Assembly (NCBI GenBank): GCA_965287045.1
Contig: OZ336878.1
Coordinates: forward strand, 10,230,001-10,294,000
Source: Carcharhinus amblyrhynchos
Taxonomy: Eukaryota
DNA length: 64,000 bases
Direction: 5' to 3'
This document shows positions 60,717-64,000 of the stretch, piece after piece. The translations under genes and the position numbers were made by a program. Position 1 is the first letter of the stretch. The number at the start of each line of letters is the position of its first letter. The notes below the pieces were generated by a model. It saw only the letters and a list, made by a program, of their open reading frames with translations. It was not told where the DNA came from and did no database searches.

Positions 60717-61557
60717 CTTTTGATGCAGAACGTAAGCAAATTAGCTCTAGAACGAGCGATTATAAAACATCAGCAGAGGACTCGCATCCAGATTCAGGTT
60801 GCCAACTCTGGATAGCGTCTGGGAAGGTTTTACCACATGACCTACCACTTAAGGACCTGCCCTCAAGCTCCTGTCATTGACCCATCTGCACGGTGCCCCG
60901 CCTTGTGTCACTTATTGGAAAGCAAAACAGGCTTATTGTAACTTGATCAATTGATAGTCAAGATATTTTTGCCACCTTGTTCGAACCCATATGGAATTCA
61001 ATTCAGACAAATGCTGAAAGGAGAGAATTTAAAGGTCCATTATCTGAACCCATTTGTAACCAGATTCATGGCGCAGATAGAGAGTATAATATGATAGCAA
61101 CAGCAAAGTGGAATAATCAGGTCCCAGCCATGGTCAAAGTTAGTTTTGGAAGAAGAGGTGGAAAGGTAAAGTGGGTAGCTTTGGTCACCAAAAATGAAAT
61201 CCGTACAGCAGTGAGAAACGATCTTGGTTCAGAGGATCAAAATGTAGAATGAATTAGGGTGAACATAAGAAATAGCAAGGGAAAGAAGTCACCAGTGGGA
61301 ATGGTTTCTGGGCCCCCGAACAGCTACCTTGTAGGACTGAGTATAAATCTGCAATTATCATGGGAGATGTTAATCTTCATCCAAATTGGATGAATCGAAT
61401 TGGTGATAATAACCAGTAGGATGGATTCATAGTGTATTTGGAGCAGATTCTTCCAATTAAGGACCCCACGCACTGTTCTAACAGATTTCAAAACATGAAT
61501 ATGTTATTGGAATGTCACAGATACAAACAAAGCAGGGACAGGATTCCATTAAGTTGA

Positions 61558-61850
61558 AGCTTATTTATTCATGTCACAAGTAGGCTTACATTAACACTGC
61601 AATGAAGTTACTGTGAAAATCCCCTGGCCACCACACTCCGGTACCTGTTCAGGTACACTGAGGGAGAATTTAGCATGGCCAATGCACCTAAGCAGCACAT
61701 CTTTCAAACTGTGGGAGGAAACCGGAGCATCCAGAGGAAACCCATGCAGACATGGGGAGAACATGTGGACAGTGACCCAAGCCGGGAATTGAACCCGGGT
61801 CCCTGGCGCTGGGAGGCAGCAGTGCTAACCACTGTGCCACCTTGCTGCCC
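61558..61850 (-). mobile_element. V-SINE
   Basis: Well-preserved reverse-complement copy. Confidence 0.85.
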
Positions 61851-61946
61851 TAACATTGCACAATAATAATGTTGCTCAAAGTGAATTCCAGGTCAGAGTT
61901 CTAAGGATTCAAAATTACTTTTCTGAATCTGGAAATGTCTCAGTAC

Positions 61947-62095
61947 CTCTGCAGCTTTCTTTGCGAGCTCACGCTGTAACTTCCTCTTCTCCAGGATGTC
62001 CTGCTGAATCCTTCTCTTCCGCTCTTCCTCCATTCTTTTCTTCTCCTCCTCCTGCCTTACCTTTGCCATTTCCTCAAACTTGCCCTTAACCGTCC
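61947..62095 (-). CDS. NEXN: NEXN exon ([50 protein letters not shown])
   Basis: cacag|GG...GAG|gtactg, 149 nt. Confidence 0.94.
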
Positions 62096-62196
62096 CTGTG
62101 GATGGAGGAAGGCACAAGGATCATCTCTTTCCGTCCCCAGCTTTTACACAAGTGGCTGCTTGAATGTTGGGTCAGAGTGATTTCGCTGTTCATTAC

Positions 62197-62278
62197 CTGT
62201 CAGTTTGGGGACGTACGCCTTCTTCAGTTCATTTGATTTGTTCTCATCTTCTTCGTCTGAGGCGAGAAGCTCTCTCAG
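62197..62278 (-). CDS. NEXN: NEXN exon (LRELLASDEEDENKSNELKKAYVPKLT)
   Basis: tacag|CTG...ACAG|gtaatg, 82 nt; upstream exons lie outside the window. Confidence 0.92.
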
Positions 62279-62404
62279 CTGTAATAGATTGAGAGGATCA
62301 GTATAGTTTGTTAAAACTCTCAGTCCAAACCGCTCAGATCCAGTACTAACATTTAAAGTTAGTTTCTTAGTATCACAAGTAGGCTTACATTAACACTGCA
62401 ATGA

Positions 62405-62870
62405 CGTTGTCTACATGGACTTTAACAAGGCCTTTGACAAGGTACCACATGGTAGAATGTTGCATAAAGTTAAATCTCACAGGACCCAGGGTGAGGTATC
62501 TAAATGGGCTTTCCAGTGAAAACAATCCTCGCTTATTCAACCTCTCCTCATAGCCAACACCCTCGAGACCAGGCAACATCCTGGTGAACCTGCTTTGCAC
62601 TCTCTCCAAAACTTCTGATCACCAACTGCAGGCAATACTGCAAATGTGGCCTAACCAAGATTTTATACAGCTGCAACATAATTTCCCAATCCTGTACTCA
62701 ATACCCTGGCTGATGAAGGCAAGCATGCCTTCTTAATCACTTTGGCCATCTGTGTTACCGCTTTTAGAGAACCGTGGGCCTGCGCGCCCAGATTTCTCCA
62801 TATGTTAAAGTTCCGAAGGTTTCTGCCATTTACAGTAGAATTCATAGCTAAATTTGATCCTCCAACATGC
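62405..62870. mobile_element. CR1 fragments in both orientations
   Basis: Plus-strand DVVYMDFNKAFDKVPH (about 62403-62500) joined to minus-strand ERVQSRFTRMLPG. Confidence 0.65.
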
Positions 62871-63229
62871 ACTGTGCCACCGTGCCGCCCATGAAGGCAG
62901 TATTGTATGTTCAGTGCAATGTAGGGATGACACTAGTTTCTCTGGGTAGGATTTTGGATGGACCTGAAATTCCCACCCAGAGTCAATGGACCATTGCAAT
63001 GGACCATGTACAGCTGGTCTATCAAATTACCCGTGAAGGGCAAGTCTAAAAAATTGACCAACAGGTTTTATTGACAATGCTTTAAAATGTCTCCCCTAGT
63101 TCTTTCTATAGTTTGTCTACTTTTTTCTGAGTCCACACCCAGCCTTAACTAATCAAACACCGTGAAAGTCAATAGTAAACAGACCGTCATAATCAAGCGC
63201 AGAAAAATTGAATATTACAGATAACTCAT

Positions 63230-63999
63230 CAGCGAGGGCTCTCAGAAGACTAAGGAAATTTGGCATGTCAGCTACGACATGCACGTGTCAGCACGTTCTC
63301 CTCATTCCGTGTGGGTTTCCTCCGGGTACTCCGGTTTCCTCCCACAGTCCAAAGATGTGTGTGTTAAGTTGATTGGCCATGCAAAGAAATTGCCCCTTAG
63401 TATCCAGTGATGTGTAGGTTAGAGGGATTAGTGGGTATAATGTGTAGGGATATGGGGGTAGGGCCTGGGTGGGATTGTGTTCGGTGCAGACTCAATGGGC
63501 CGAAGGGCCTCTTTCTGCACTGTAGGGTTCTATTGTTCTATGACTCTCACCAACCTTTACAGATGCACCATAGGAAACATTCTTTCTGGTTGTGTCACAG
63601 CTTGGTATGGGCTCCTGCTCTGCCCAAGACTGCAAATATCTACAAAAGGTCGTGAATGTAGCCTAATCCATCATGCAAACCAGCCTCCCATCCATTGACT
63701 CTGTCTACACTTTCCGCTGCTTCAGCAAAGCAGCAGCATAATTAAGGACCCCACGCACCCCGGACATTCTCTCTTCCACCTTCTTCCATTGGGAAAAAGA
63801 TATAAAAGTTTGAGGTCACCTACCAACCGACTCAAGGACAGCTTCTTCCCTGCTGCTGTCAGACTTTTGAATGGACCTACCTTGCATTAAGTTGATCTTT
63901 CTCTACACCCTAGCTATAACTGTAACGCTACATTCTGCATTCACTCCTTTCCTTTTCTATGAATGGTATGCTTTGTCTGTATAGCATACAAGAAACAAT
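63230..63999 (+). mobile_element. Rex1/Babar-like LINE 3' end interrupted by a V-SINE (about 63279-63544)
   Basis: LRRLRKFGMSAT | TLTNLYRCTIGNILSGCVTAWYG; ctaYgac duplication flanks the SINE. Confidence 0.75.
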
Positions 64000-64000
64000 A

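Overview
Vertebrate genomic DNA, most likely a shark (inferred from HE1/V-SINE and Deu-SINE repeats and abundant CR1 and Penelope elements). Two genes converge tail-to-tail. FUBP1 (+ strand) is present from its second exon (4344) to the canonical stop (26812), with four KH domains and four tyrosine-rich AWxxYY motifs. NEXN/nexilin (- strand) is present as its 3' eight exons (62278 down to 40263). The gene order matches human 1p31 as I recall it. Introns are full of CR1, L2 and Rex1 LINE fragments, tRNA-derived SINEs and Penelope-like elements, often nested. Notable: (1) a ~11.7 kb repeat-poor zone (26.8-38.5 kb) holds several alternative FUBP1 3' exons, three of which resemble mammalian isoform tails as I recall them; (2) several Penelope-derived minimal hammerhead ribozyme motifs, one with a U3-A8 covariant core sense to FUBP1 pre-mRNA; (3) a NEXN C-terminal SKN/TDDY splice switch; (4) a possible bidirectional poly(A) site between the genes. 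All exon calls were made by eye from splice signals and reading-frame continuity. Comparisons to mammalian isoforms come from memory, and repeat boundaries are approximate.
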